A stretch of DNA of 15,207 bases from an uncultured Deinococcales bacterium (GTDB lineage Bacteria > Deinococcota > Deinococci > Deinococcales > JAAFIG01). How positions within the stretch are numbered: the first letter of the stretch is position 1; every line of letters begins with the position of its first letter. The stretch lies in the NCBI GenBank assembly GCA_964244895.1, contig CAXTKV010000129.1, positions 1-15,207 on the forward strand. The letters are read 5' to 3'. Positions 15,074 to 15,207 of this stretch are shown one piece after another. The notes under the pieces were generated by a model. The model had not been told where the DNA came from, ran no database searches, and saw only the letters and a program-made list of their open reading frames with translations. The position numbers and the translations under genes were made by a program.

Positions 15074-15109
15074 GAACACCGCCCAGGTATCACGCCCTGG
15101 GCGGTGTTC
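15074..15109 (+). terminator. Hairpin after the tRNA, a variant of the ACCGTCC family and likely terminator
   Basis: Perfect 14-bp stem GAACACCGCCCAGG / CCTGGGCGGTGTTC followed by ATGTTTC. Confidence 0.7.
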
Positions 15110-15207
15110 ATGTTTCAGGTAATATCGAGACACCACGCCACACGCAAAATCTTAAACCCCAAGAAACGCTGTACTGGACGGTATTCCTCGCTCAGAAGAG
15201 CGCGCTG

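Overview
GC-rich (~65% by eye) bacterial chromosomal window, most likely Deinococcota. This is inferred from a Thermus-type TmpR reductase, many starts with TAnnnT only 6-7 nt upstream, and a small beta-barrel protein. Genes in order: a truncated coiled-coil protein (-, absent from the ORF track), CDP-alcohol phosphatidyltransferase, a Nudix hydrolase-tmpR-folE2 pterin/folate cluster, an LptF/G permease, fdhD and an FdhF/YdeP molybdoenzyme with a TauE/SafE transporter (-), a YcaQ-like crosslink DNA glycosylase with an EamA transporter, a metallophosphoesterase and small OM beta-barrel (-), a membrane-anchored alpha/beta-hydrolase-fold protein lacking its catalytic Ser/His, and tRNA-Gly(CCC). 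No transposase, integrase or CRISPR array was seen. The most striking signals are non-coding: (1) a dispersed ACCGTCC-N-GSACG motif, usually in inverted pairs, in almost every intergenic gap (REPIN-like or DNA-uptake-sequence-like); (2) about 60 copies of the palindrome CTCGAG (HIP1-like over-representation); (3) a ~360-nt structured leader with an RBS-occluding hairpin upstream of folE2.
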